64,000 nucleotides of DNA. It comes from the human T2T-CHM13v2.0 reference genome, Homo sapiens. Within the stretch, counting starts at the first letter, position 1. The number at the start of each line of letters is the position of its first letter. The notes below the pieces were generated by a model. The model had not been told where the DNA came from and made no database searches. It saw only the letters and a program-made list of their open reading frames with translations. Below are positions 39,372-53,454 of the stretch, piece after piece. The DNA is taken from NCBI RefSeq assembly GCF_009914755.1, contig NC_060948.1, one strand, 5' to 3'. The position numbers and the translations under genes were made by a program.

Positions 39372-42300
39372 TTTCACGGAATGGAATCAAACTGAATGGA
39401 ATCAAATCAATGGAATATAATCAAATGGAATGGAAAGGAATTGAATGGAGTAGATTGGATTGGATGGGATTGGAATGAAATGTACTGGAAAGGACTCGAA
39501 ATTCATGAAACGGAATGGAATGAACTGGAACGGAATGGACTCGAATGGAATGGAATGTCATGGAATGGCATCAAATGGAATGGAATCGAATGCGATGGAA
39601 TGCTATGGAATGGAATGGAATGCATTGGAATGGAATGTCCTCTAATGGAATGTATTCGAGTGGAATGGAATCGAATATAATGGAGTCTAATGAAATGGAA
39701 TTGAAAGGAATGGGACCGAATACAATGGAATAAACTGGTATGTAATGTAATGAACTCGAATGTAATTGACTGGAATGGAATGTACATGAATGGAATGTAA
39801 TCGAATGGAAAGCAATCCAATGGAATAGAATCTAATGCAATAAAATCGACTCAAATAGAGTAGAATGTAATGGAATGGAGTGCAGTGCAATGGAATGGAA
39901 TGGAATGCAACGGAATGGAATGGAATGGAATGGAATGGGATGGAATGGTATGGAATGGATAGTAATGGACTGGAGTGAAATGGACTGGAAAAGAATGGAC
40001 TCAAATTGAAAGGGCTCGAAAGGAATGGAGTCAAATGGAATGGTCTGGAATGGAATGAACACGAATGTAATGCAATCCAATAGAATGGAATCGAATGGCA
40101 TGGAATATAAAGAAATGGAATCGAAGAGAATGGAAACAAATGGAATGGAATTGAATGGAATGGAATTGAATGGAATGGGAACGAATGGAGTGAAATTGTA
40201 TGCAGTAGAAGAGAATAGAATGGAATGCAAGCGAAAGGAAAGGAATGGATTGGAATGGAATGGAATTCATTGGAATGGAAGGGAATGTAGTGTAATGGAC
40301 AGGCCTGGAATAAAGTGGAATGCTACGGTCTCGAATGGAATAAAAATGTATGGAATGGAATGCAATGAAACGGAATCGAATGTCATAGAATGTAATGGAA
40401 TGCAAAAAAATGGACTCCAAAATCATTGACTGGAAAGGCTGGGTGTCGAAAGGAATTGACTCCAATGGAATGGAATCGAATGGAATGGAAGTGAATAGAA
40501 TCGAACTAAATCGAATGGAATGGAATTGATAGGAACGGAATGGAAAGGAATGCAATGATTTGGCATGGAATGGAATCGAAAGGCATCGAATGGAATGGAA
40601 TGGAATGCAATGGAATGGAATGTATTAGAATGTAATGAACATTAATGGAAAGTACTCGAATGGATTCGACTGGAATGGAATGTTCTGGAAGTGAATGGAC
40701 TCCAATGGAATGGATTCGAAAGGAATGGAATCGAACGGAATGGAATTAAACGGAAATGAATCAAATAGAATAGAACGGAATTGAATTGAATGGAATCGAA
40801 TGCAATGGAATCTAATGAAACGGAAAGGAATGGAATGGAATGGGCTGGAATGGAATGGAATCGAAACGAATGGAATGGAATCGAACTGAAGAGACTGGAA
40901 TGGAATGCACTGGAATGGAAGGGAATGTAATGGAAGGTTCTCGAAAAAAATGGAATCGAAAGGAATGGAATTGAATGGAACGGAATAGAGTCGAATGGAA
41001 TTCAATGGAATGGAATGGACTAGAGTGAAATGGAATCGAACCACAAGGAATGGACAGGAATAGAATGGTCTCGAATTGAATGGAATCGTATGGAATGGCA
41101 TCAAACGGAATGGAATGGACGGCCACGGAATGGAATGCACTCGAATGCAATGGAGTCGAAACTAATGGACTGGAATAGAATGGACTCGACTGGTACGGAC
41201 TCCAATGGAATGGAATCGAATGGAAGGGAATCGAACGGAAGGGAATCGAACGGAATGGACTCGAAGGGAAAAGACTGCAATGGAAAGGTCTCGAATGGAA
41301 TGGAAATTAATGGAATGGAATGGAATCGAATGAAATGGAGTCAAAAGGAATGGAATCGAATGGCAAGAAATCGAATGTAATGGAATCGCAAGGAATTGAT
41401 GTGAACGGAACGGAATGGAATGGAATCCAAAGGAATGGAATAGAATGGAATGGAATCGAATGGAAAGGACTCGAATGGAAATCACTCGAATAGAATGCAA
41501 TTTAATAAAATAGGATCAAATGTAATGGAATGGAATGGAAAGGAATCGAAACGAAAGGAATGGAGACAGATGGAATGGAATGGAACAGAGAGCAATGGTA
41601 TAGAATGGAATGGAATCATCTGGAATGGAATTGAATGGAATGGAATAATATGAAATGGAATGGAATGGAATGGAATGTCCTTGAATTAAATGGACTGGAA
41701 TGGAATGGACTCGAACAGAGTGGAATGGAAAGTGTTGAAATAGCATGGAATGGACTCGTTTGGAATGGTGTAGTATGCAATGCAATCGACTGGCAGGGAA
41801 TCAAAAGGAATGTAATCGAATGGATTGGACTGGAATGCAATGGACTCGAATAGATTGGAAACGGAATGCAAAGGAATGGAATGGAATAGTATGGAATGGA
41901 ATGGAAAGGAATGGAGTGGAATAGACTAGAGTGGAATGGAGTGGACTCGAAAGCTATGGACTGGAATGGAACTTTCTTGAATGGACTGGAATCAAACGGA
42001 ATGGAATGCAATGCAATCAAATGGCATGGAATAAAATGGAATGAAAGAGAATCAAACGGAATTGAATCGAATGGAATCGAATGGATTGGAAAGGAATAGA
42101 ATGGAATGGAATGGAATTGACTCAAATGGAATGGACTAGAATGGAATGGATTCGAATGGAAGGCAAAGGAATGGAATCTATTGGAATGGACTGTAATGGA
42201 ATGGAATGGAAGGGATTGGAATGGACTCGAATGGAATGGACTGCAATAGAAAGGATTCGAATGGAATGAAAAAGAATTGAATGGAATAGAACAGAATGGA

Positions 42301-42900
42301 ATCAAACCTCATGAAATAGAATGGAATAGAAAGGAATGGAATGAAATCGAATGGAAAGGATTCGAATGGAATGCAATCGAATGGAATGCAATCGAATGGA
42401 ATGGAATCGAACGGAATGGAATAAAATGGAAGAAAACTGGCAAGAAATGGAATCGAAATGAATGGAGTGTTAAGGAACGGACTCAAAAGGAATTGAATGT
42501 AATAGAATGGAGTGGAGTGGACTCGAATATAATGGACTGGAATGGAATGAAATCACATGGAATGGGAACGAATGGAATGGAATGGAAAGGAATGGAATCG
42601 AATGGAAAGGAATCGAATGGAAGGGAATGAAATTGAATCAACAGGAATGGAAGGGAATAGAATAGACGGTAATGGAATGGACTCGAATAGAATGGACACG
42701 AATGCTCAAATTGAATGGACTCGAATGGAATGGAAATGAAAGGAATGTCATCGAATGCAATTCAATCGATTGGAATGAAATCGCATAGGATGGAGTGGAA
42801 TCAAATGGAATTGAATCGAAAGGAAAAGAAGCGAATTGACTGAAATGAAATGGAATGGAATTGAATGGAAAGTAATGCAACGGAATAGAATGGATTGAAA
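39372..42900 (+). repeat. DYZ1 unit U12, chimera of a U1-like A front and a divergent F tail (3529 bp)
   Basis: CTGGTATG and A markers to ~41165, a private 15-bp duplication at 41222-41251, and many private substitutions at 41677-42895. Confidence 0.85.
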
Positions 42901-45900
42901 TTTCACGGAATGGAATCAAACTGAATGGAATCAAATCAATGGAATATAATCAAATGGAATGGAAAGGAATTGAATGGAGTAGATTGTATTGGATGGGATT
43001 GGAATGAAATGTACTGGAAAGGACTCGAATTTCATGAAACGGAATGGAATGTATTAGAACGGAATGGACTCGAATGGAATTGAATGTCACGGAATGGCAT
43101 CAAATGGAATGGCATCAATTGGAATGGAATCGAATGCAATGGAATGCTATGGAATGGAATGGAATGCATTGGAATGGAATGTCCTCTAATGGAATGGATT
43201 CGAGTGGAATGGAATCGAATATAATGGAGTCTAATGAAATGGAATTGAAAGGAATGGGATCCAATACAATGGAATATACTGGAATGTAATGTAATGAACT
43301 CGAATGTAATTGACTGGAATGGAATGTACATGAGTGGAATGTAATCGAATGGAAAGTAATCCAATGGAATAGAATCTAATGCAATAAAATCGACTCAAAT
43401 AGAGTAGAATGTAATGGAATGGAGTGCAGTGCAATGGAATGGAATGGAATGGGATGGAATGGTATGGAATGGATAGTAATGGACTGGAGTGAAATGGACT
43501 GGAAAATAATGGACTCAAATTGAAAGGGCTCGAAAGGAATGGAGTCAAATGGAATGGTCTGGAATGGAATGAACACGAATGTAATGCAATCCAATAGAAT
43601 GGAATCGAATGGCATGGAATATAAAGAAATGGAATCGAAGAGAATGGAAACAAATGGAATGGAATTGAATGGAATGGAATTGAATGGAATGGGAACGAAT
43701 GGAGTGAAATTGTATGCAGTAGAAGAGAATAGAATGGAATGCAAGCGAAAGGAAAGGAATGGATTGGAATGGAATGGAATTCATTGGAATGGAAGGGAAT
43801 GTAGTGTAATGGACAGGCCTGTAATAAAGTGGAATGCTACGGTCTCGAATGGAATAAAAATGTATGGAATGGAATGCAATGAAACGGAATCGAATGTCAT
43901 AGAAGTAATGGAATGCAAAAAAATGGACTCCAAAATCATTGACTGGAAAGGCTGGGTGTCGAAAGGAATTTACTCCAATGGAATGGAATCGAATGGAATG
44001 GAAGTGAATAGAATCGAACTAAATCGAATGGAATGGAATTGATAGGAACGGAATGGAAAGGAATGCAATGATTTCGCATGGAATGGAATCGAATGGCATC
44101 GAATGGAATGGAATGGAATGCAATGGAATGGAATGTATTAAAATGTAATGAACTTTAATGGAATGTACTCGAATGGATTCGACTGGAATGGAATGTTCTC
44201 GAAGTGAATGGACTCCAATGGAATGGATTCGAAAGGAATGGAATCTAATGGAATGGAATTAAATGGAAATGAATCAAATTGAATAGAACGGAATTGAATT
44301 GAATGGAATCGAATGCAATGGAATCTAATGAAACGGAAAGGAAAGGAATGGAATGGAATGGAATGGAATGGGCTGGAATGGAATGGAATCGAAACGAATG
44401 GAATGGAATCGAACTGAAGAGACTGGAATGGAATACACTGGAATGGAAGGGAATGTAATGGAAGGTTCTCGAAAAAATGTAATTGAAAGGAATGGAATTG
44501 AGTGGAACGGAATAGAGTCGAATGGAATTCAATGGAATGGAATGGACTAGAGTGAAATGGAATCGAACCACAAGGAATGGACAGGAATAGAATGGTCTCG
44601 AATTGAATGGAATCGTATGGAATGGCATCAAACGGAATGGAATGGACAGCCACGGAATGGAATGCACTCGAATGCAATGGAGTCGAAACTAATGGACTGG
44701 AATAGAATGGACTCGACTGGTACGGACTCCAATGGAATGGAATCGAATGGAAGGGAATCGAACGGAATGGACTCGAAGGGAAAAGACTGCAATGGAAAGG
44801 TCTCGAATGGAATGGAAATTAATGGAATGGAATGGAATCGAATGAAATGGAGTCAAAAGGAATGGAATCGAATGGCAAGAAATCGGATGTAATGGAATCG
44901 CAAGGAATTGATGTGAACGGAACGGAATGGAATGGAATCCAAAGGAATGGAATAGAATGGAATGGAATCGAATGGAAAGGACTCGAATGGAAATCACTCG
45001 AATAGAATGCAATTTAATAAAATAGGATCAAATGTAATGGAATGGAATGGAAAGGAATCAAAACGAAAGGAATGGAGACAGATGGAATGGAATGGAACAG
45101 AGAGCAATGGTATAGAATGGAATGGAATCATCTGGAATGGAATTGAATGGAATGGAATAACATGAAATGGACTGGAATGGAATGGAATGCCCTTGAATTA
45201 AATGGACTGGAATGGAATGGACTCGAACAGAGTGGAATGGAAAGTGTTGAAATAGAATGGAATGGACTCGTTTGGAATGGTCTAGTATGCAATGCAATCG
45301 ACTGGCAGGGAATCAAAAGGAATGTAATCGAATGGATTGGACTGGAATGCAATGGACTCGAATAGATTGGAAACGGAATGCAAAGGAATGGAATGGAATA
45401 GTATGGAATGGAATGGAAAGGAATGGAGTGGAATAGACTAGAGTGGAATGGAATGGACTCGAAAGCAATGGACTGGAATGGAACTTTCTTGAATGGACTG
45501 GAATCAAACGGAATGGAATGTAATGCAATCAAATGGCATGGAATAAAATAGAATGAAAGAGAATCAAATGGAATTGAATCGAATGGAATCGAATGGATTG
45601 GAAAGGAATAGAATGGAATGGAATGGAATTGACTCAAATGGAATGGACTAGAATGGAATGGATTCGAATGGAAGGCAAAGGAATGGAATCTATTGGAATG
45701 GACTGTAATGGAATGGAATGGAAGGGATTGGAATGGACTCGAATGGAATGGACTGCAATAGAAAGGATTCGAATGGAATGAAAAAGAATTGAATGGAATA
45801 GAACAGAATGGAATCAAATCGAATGAAATGGAATGGAATAGAAAGGAATGGAATGAAATGGAATGGAAAGGATTCGAATGGAATGCAATCGAATGGACTG

Positions 45901-46397
45901 GAATCGAACGGAATGGAATAAAATGGAAGAAAACTGGCAAGAAATGGAATCGAAATGAATGGAGTGTTATGGAACGGACTCAAAAGGAATTGAATGTAAT
46001 AGAATGGAGTGGAGTGGACTCCAATATAATAGACTGGAATGGAATGAAATCACATGGAATGGGAACGAATGGAATGGAATGGAAAGGAATGGAATCGAAT
46101 GGAAAGGAATCGAATGGAAGGGAATGAAATTGAATCAACAGGAATGGAAAGGAGTAGAATAGACGGTAATGGAATGGGCTCGAATAGAATGGACACGAAT
46201 GCTCAAATTAAATGGACTCGAATGGAATGGAAACGAAAGGAATGTCATCGAATGGAATTGAATCGATTGGAATGAAATCACATAGAATGGAGTGGAATCA
46301 AATGGAATTGAATCGAAAGGAAAGGAAGCGAATGGACTGAAATGAAATGGAATGGAATTGAATGGAAATTAATGCAATGGAATAGAATGGAAAGAAA
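42901..46397 (+). repeat. DYZ1 unit U13, type B (3497 bp)
   Basis: All U2 markers, including BamHI at 43257 and both 1-bp deletions; offset 38,830 bp. Confidence 0.9.
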
Positions 46398-49300
46398 TTT
46401 CACGGAATGGAATCAAACTGAATGGAATCAAATCAATGGAATATAATCAAATGGAATGGAAAGGAATTGAATGGAGTAGATTGGATTGGATGGGATTGGA
46501 ATGAAATGTACTGGAAAGGACTCGAATTTCATGAAACGGAATGGAATGAATTAGAACGGAATGGACTCGAATGGAATGGAATATCACGGAATGGCATCAA
46601 ATGGAATGGCATCAATTGGAATGGAATCGAATGCAATGGAATGCTATGGAATGGAATGGAATGCATTGGAATGGAATGTCCTCTAATGGAATGGATTCGA
46701 GTGGAATGGAATCGAATATAATGGAGTCTAATGAAATTGAATTGAAAGGAATGGGATCCAATACAATGGAATATACTGGAATGTAATGTAATGAACTCGA
46801 ATGTAATTGACTGGAATGGAATGTACATGAATGGAATGTAATCGAATGGAAAGTAATCCAATGGAATAGAATCTAATGCAATAAAATCGACTCAAGTAGA
46901 GTAGAATATAATGGAATGGAGTGCAGTGCAATGGAATGGAATGGAATGGAATGCAATGGAATGGAATGGAATGGAATGGAATGGAATGGAATGGGATGGA
47001 ATGGTATGGAATGGATAGTAATGGACTGGAGTGAAATGGACTGGAAAGGAATGGACTCAAATTGAAAGGGCTCGAAAGGAATGGAGTCAAATGGAATGGT
47101 CTGGAATGGAATGAACACGAATGTAATGCAATCCAATAGAATGGAATCGAATGGCATGGAATGTAAAGAAATGGAATCGAAGAGAATGGAAACAAATGGA
47201 ATGGAATTGAATGGAATGGAATTGAATGGAATGGGAACGAATGGAGTGAAATTGTATGCAGTAGAAGAGAATAGAATGGAATGCAAGCGAAAGGAAAGGA
47301 ATGGATTGGAATGGAATGGAATTCATTGGAATGGAAGGGAATGTAGTGTAATGGACAGGCCTGGAATAAAGTGGAATGCTACGGTCTCGAATGGAATAAA
47401 AATGTATGGAATGGAATGCAATGAAACGGAATCGAATGTCATAGAATGTAATGGAATGCAAAAAAATGGAATCCAAAATCATTGACTGGAAAGGCTGGGT
47501 GTCGAAAGGAATTGACTCCAATGGAATGGAATCGAATGGCATGGAAGTGAATAGAATGGAACTAAATCGAATGGAATGGAATTGATAGGAACGGAATGGA
47601 AAGGAATGCAATGATTTGGCATGGAATGGAATCGAATGGCATCGAATGGAATGGAATGGAATGCAATGGAATGGAATGTATTAGAATGTAATGAACTTTA
47701 ATGGAATGTACTCGAATGGATTCGACTGGAATGGAATGTTCTCGAAGTGAATGGACTCCAATGGAATGGATTCGAAAGGAATGGAATCTAATGGAATGGA
47801 ATTAAATGGAAATGAATCAAATTGAATAGAACGGAATTGAATTGAATGGAATCGAATGCAATGGAATCTAATGAAAAGGAAAGGAAAGGAATGGAATGGA
47901 TTGGAATGGAATGGGCTGGAATGGAATGGAATCGAAACGAATGGAATGGAATCGAACTGAAGAGACTGGAATGGAATGCACTGGAATGGAAGGGAATGTA
48001 ATGGAAGGTTCTCAAGAAAAATGGAATCGAAAGGAATGGAATTGAATGGAACGGAATAGAGTCGAATGGAATTCAATGGAATGGAATGGACTAGAGTGAA
48101 ATGGAATCGAACCACAAGGAATGGACAGGAATAGAATGGTCTCGAATTGAATGGAATCGTATGGAATGGCATCAAACGGAATGGAATGGACAGCCACGGA
48201 ATGGAATGCACTCGAATGCAATGGAGTCGACACTAACGGAGTGGAATAGAATGGACTCGACTGGTACGGACTCCAATGGAATGGAATCGAATGGAAGGGT
48301 ATCGAACGGAATGGACTCGAAGGGAAAAGACTGCAATGGAAAGTTCTCGAATGGAATGGAAATTAATGGAATGGAATGGAATCGAATGAAATGGAGTCAA
48401 AAGGAATGGAATCGAATGGCAAGAAATCGAATGTAATGGAATCGCAAGGAATTGAAGTGAACGGAACGGAATGCAATGGAATCCAAAGGAATGGAATAGA
48501 ATGGAATGGAATCGAATGGAAAGGACTCGAATGGAAATCACTCGAATAGAATGCAATTTAATAAAATAGGATCAAATGTAATGGAATGGAATGGAAAGGA
48601 ATCGAAACGAAAGGAATGGAGACAGATGGAATGGAATGGAACAGAGAGCAATGGTATAGAATGGAATGGAATCATCTGGAATGGAATTGAATGGAATGGA
48701 ATAATATGAAATGGAATGGAATGGAATGGAATGCCCTTGAATTAAATGGACTGGAATGGAATGGACTCGAACAGAGTGGAATGGAAAGTGTTGAAATAGA
48801 ATGGAATGGACTCGTTTGGAATGGTCTAGTATGCAATGCAATCGACTGGCAGGGAATCAAAAGGAATGTAATCGAATGGATTGGACTGGAATGCAATGGA
48901 CTCGAATAGATTGGAAACGGAAAGCAAAGGAATGGAATGGAATAGTATGGAATGGAATGGAAAGGAATGGAGTGGAATAGACTAGAGTGGAATGGAATGG
49001 ACTGGAAAGCAATGGACTGGAATGGAACTTTCTTGAATGGACTGGAATCAAACGGAATGGAATGCAATGCAATCAAATGGCATGGAATAAAATAGAATGA
49101 AAGAGAATCAAATGGAATTGAATCGAATGGAATCGAATGGATTGGAAAGGAATAGAATGGAATGGAACGGAATTGACTCAAATGGAATGGACTAGAATGG
49201 AATGGATTCGAATGGAAGGCAAATGAATGGAATCTATTGGAATGGACTGTAATGGAATGGAATGGAAGGGATTGGAATGGACTCGAATAGAATGGACTGC

Positions 49301-49941
49301 AATAGAAAGGATTCGAATGGAATGAAAAAGAATTGAATGAAATAGAAGAGAATGGAAACAAATCGAATGAAATGGAATGGAAGAGAAAGGAATGGAATGA
49401 AATGGAATGGAAAGGATTCGAATGGAATGCAATCGAATGGAATGGAATCGAACGGAATGGAATAAAATGGAAGAAAACTGGCAAGAAATGGAATCGAAAT
49501 GAATGGAGTGTTATGGAACGGACTCAAAAGGAATTGAATGTAATAGAATGGAGTGGAGTGGACTCGAATATAATGGACTGGAATGGAATGAAATCACATG
49601 GAATGGGAACGAATGGAATGGAATGGAAAGGAATGGAATCGAATGGAAAGGAATCGAATGGAAGGGAATGAAATTGAATCAACAGGAATGGAAGGGAGTA
49701 GAATAGACGGTAATGGAATGGACTCGAATAGAATGGACACGAATGCTCAAATTGAATGGACTCGAATGGAATGGAAACGAAAGGAATGTCATCGAATGGA
49801 ATTGAATCGATTGGAATGAAATCGCATAGAATGGAGTGGAATCAAATGGAATTGAATCGAAAGGAAAGGAAGCGAATGGACTGAAATGAAATGGAATGGA
49901 ATTGAATGGAAAGTAATGCAATGGAATAGAATGGAACGAAA
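46398..49941 (+). repeat. DYZ1 unit U14, type C (3544 bp)
   Basis: U3 markers, BamHI at 46754, one extra pentamer, and a private variant cluster at 49289-49383. Confidence 0.9.
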
Positions 49942-52900
49942 TTTCACGGAATGGAATCAAACTGAATGGAATCAAATCAATGGAATATAATCAAATGGAA
50001 TGGAAAGGAATTGAACGGAGTAGATTGGATTGGATGGGATTGGAATGAAATGTACTGGAAAGGACTCGAAATTCATGAAACGGAATGGAATGAACTGGAA
50101 CGGAATGGAATCGAATGGAATGGAATGTCATGTAATGGCATCAAATGGAATGGAATCGAATGCGATGGAATGCTATGGAATGGAATGGAATGCATAGGAA
50201 TGGAATGTCCTCTAATGGAATGTATTCGAGTGGAATGGAATCGAATATAATGCAGTCTAATGAAATGGAATTGAAAGGAATGGGACCGAATACAATGGAA
50301 TAAACTGGAATGTAATGTAATGAACTCGAATGTAATTGACTGGAATGGAATGTACATGAATGGAATGTAATCGCATGGAAAGCAATCCAATGGAATAGAA
50401 TCTAATGCAATAAAATCGACTCAAATAGAGTAGAATGTAATGGAATGGAGTGCAGTGCAATGGAATGGAATGGAATGCAACGGAATGGAATGGAATGGAA
50501 TGGAATGGGATGGAATGGTATGGAATGGATAGTAATGGACTGGAGTGAAATGGACTGGAAAAGAATGGACTCAAATTGAAAGGGCTCGAAAGGAATGGAG
50601 TCAAATGGAATGGTCTGGAATGGAATGAACACGAATGTAATGCAATCCAATAGAATGGAATCGAATGGCATAGAATATAAAGAAATGGAATCGAAGAGAA
50701 TGGAAACAAATGGAATGGAATTGAATGGAATGGAATTGAATGGAATGGGAACGAATGGAGTGAAATTGTATGCAGTAGAAGAGAATAGAATGGAATGCAA
50801 GCGAAAGGAAAGGAATGGATTGGAATGGAATGGAATTCATTGGAATGGAAGGGAATGTAGTGTAATGGACAGGCCTGGAATAAAGTGGAATGCTACGGTC
50901 TCGAATGGAATAAAAATGTATGGAATGGAATGCAATGAAACGGAATCGAATGTCATAGAATGTAATGGAATGCAAAAAAATGGAATCCAAAATCATTGAC
51001 TGGAAAGGCTGGGTGTCGAAAGGAATTGACTCCAATGGAATGGAATCGAATGGAATGGAAGTGAATAGAATCGAACTAAATCGAATGGAATGGAATTGAT
51101 AGGAACGGAATGGAAAGGAATGCAATGATTTGGCATGGAATGGAATCGAAAGGCATCGAATGGAATGGAATGGAATGCAATGGAATGGAATGTATTAGAA
51201 TGTAATGAACATTAATGGAAAGTACTCGAATGGATTCGACTGGAATGGAATGTTCTGGAAGTGAATGGACTCCAATGGAATGGATTCGAAAGGAATGGAA
51301 TCGAACGGAATGGAATTAAACGGAAATGAATCAAATAGAATAGAACGGAATTGAATTGAATGGAATCGAATGCAATGGAATCTAATGAAACGGAAAGGAA
51401 TGGAATGGAATGGGCTGGAATGGAATGGAATCGAAACGAATGGAATGGAATCGAACTGAAGAGACTGGAATGGAATGCACTGGAATGGAAGGGAATGTAA
51501 TGGAAGGTTCTCGAAAAAAATGGAATCGAAAGGAATGGAATTGAATGGAACGGAATAGAGTCGAATGGAATTCAATGGAATGGAATGGACTAGAGTGAAA
51601 TGGAATCGAACCACAAGGAATGGACAGGAATAGAATGGTCTCGAATTGAATGGAATCGTATGGAATGGCATCAAACGGAATGGAATGGACGGCCACGGAA
51701 TGGAATGCACTCGAATGCAATGGAGTCGAAACTAATGGACTGGAATAGAATGGACTCGACTGGTACGGACTCCAATGGAATGGAATCGAATGGAAGGGAA
51801 TCGAACGGAATGGACTCGAAGGGAAAAGACTGCAATGGAAAGGTCTCGAATGGAATGGAAATTAATGGAATGGAATGGAATCGAATGAAATGGAGTCAAA
51901 AGGAATGGAATCGAATGGCAAGAAATCGAATGTAATGGAATCGCAAGGAATTGATGTGAACGGAACGGAATGGAATGGAATCCAAAGGAATGGAATAGAA
52001 TGGAATGGAATCGAATGGAAAGGACTCGAATGGAAATCACTCGAATAGAATGCAATTTAATAAAATAGGATCAAATGTAATGGAATGGAATGGAAAGGAA
52101 TCGAAACGAAAGGAATGGAGACAGATGGAATGGAATGGAACAGAGAGCAATGGTATAGAATGGAATGGAATCATCTGGAATGGAATTGAATGGAATGGAA
52201 TAATATGAAATGGAATGGAATGGAATGGAATACCCTTGAATTAAATGGACTGGAATGGAATGGACTCGAACAGAGTGGAATGGAAAGTGTTGAAATAGAA
52301 TGGAATGGACTCGTTTGGAATGGTCTAGTATGCAATGCAATCGACTGGCAGGGAATCAAAAGGAATGTAATCGAATGGATTGGACTGGAATGCAATGGAC
52401 TCGAATAGATTGGAAACGGAAAGCAAAGGAATGGAATGGAATAGTATGGAATGGAATGCAAAGGAATGGAGTGGAATAGACTAGAGTGGAATGGAATGGA
52501 CTGGAAAGCAATGGACTGGAATGGAACTTTCTTGAATGGACTGGAATCAAACGGAATGGAATGCAATGCAATCAAATGGCATGGAATAAAATAGAATGAA
52601 AGAGAATCAAATGGAATTGAATCGAATGGAATCGAATGGATTGGAAAGGAATAGAATGGAATGGAATGGAATTGACTCAAATGGAATGGACTAGAATGGA
52701 ATGGATTCGAATGGAAGGCAAAGGAATGGAATCTATTGGAATGGACTGTAATGGAATGGAATGGAAGGGATTGTAATGGACTCGAATGGAATGGACTGCA
52801 GTAGAAAGGATTCGAATGGAATGAAAAAGAATTGAATGGAATAGAACAGAATGGAATCAAATCGAATGAAATGGAATGGAATAGAAAGGAATGGAATGAA

Positions 52901-53454
52901 ATGGAATGGAAAGGATTCGAATGGAATGCAATCGAATGGAATGAAATCGAATGGAATGGAATCGAACGGAATGGAATAAAATGGAAGAAAACTGGCAAGA
53001 AATGGAATCGAAATGAATGGAGTGTTACGGAACGGACTCAAAAGGAATTGAATGTAATAGAATGGAGTGGAGTGGACTCGAATATAATGGACTAGAATGG
53101 AATGAAATCACATGGAATGGGAACGAATGGAATGGAATGGAAAGGAATGGAATCGAATGGAAAGGAATCGAATGGAAGGGAATGAAATTGAATCAACAGG
53201 AATGGAAGGGAGTAGAATAGACGGTAATGGAATGGACTCGAATAGAATGGACACGAATGCTCAAATTGAATGGACTCGAATGGAATGGCAACGAAAGGAA
53301 TGTCATCGAATGGAATTGAATCGTTGGAATGAAATCACATAGAATGGAGTGGAATCAAATGGAATTGAATCGAAAGGAAAGGAAGCGAATGGACTGAAAT
53401 GAAATGGAATGGAATTGAATGGAAATTAATGCAATGGAATAGAATGGAACGAAA
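49942..53454 (+). repeat. DYZ1 unit U15, type A'' (3513 bp)
   Basis: Carries the U7-type markers TTGAACGGAG, GTCATGTA, TAATCGCATG, GGCATAGAA. Confidence 0.9.
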
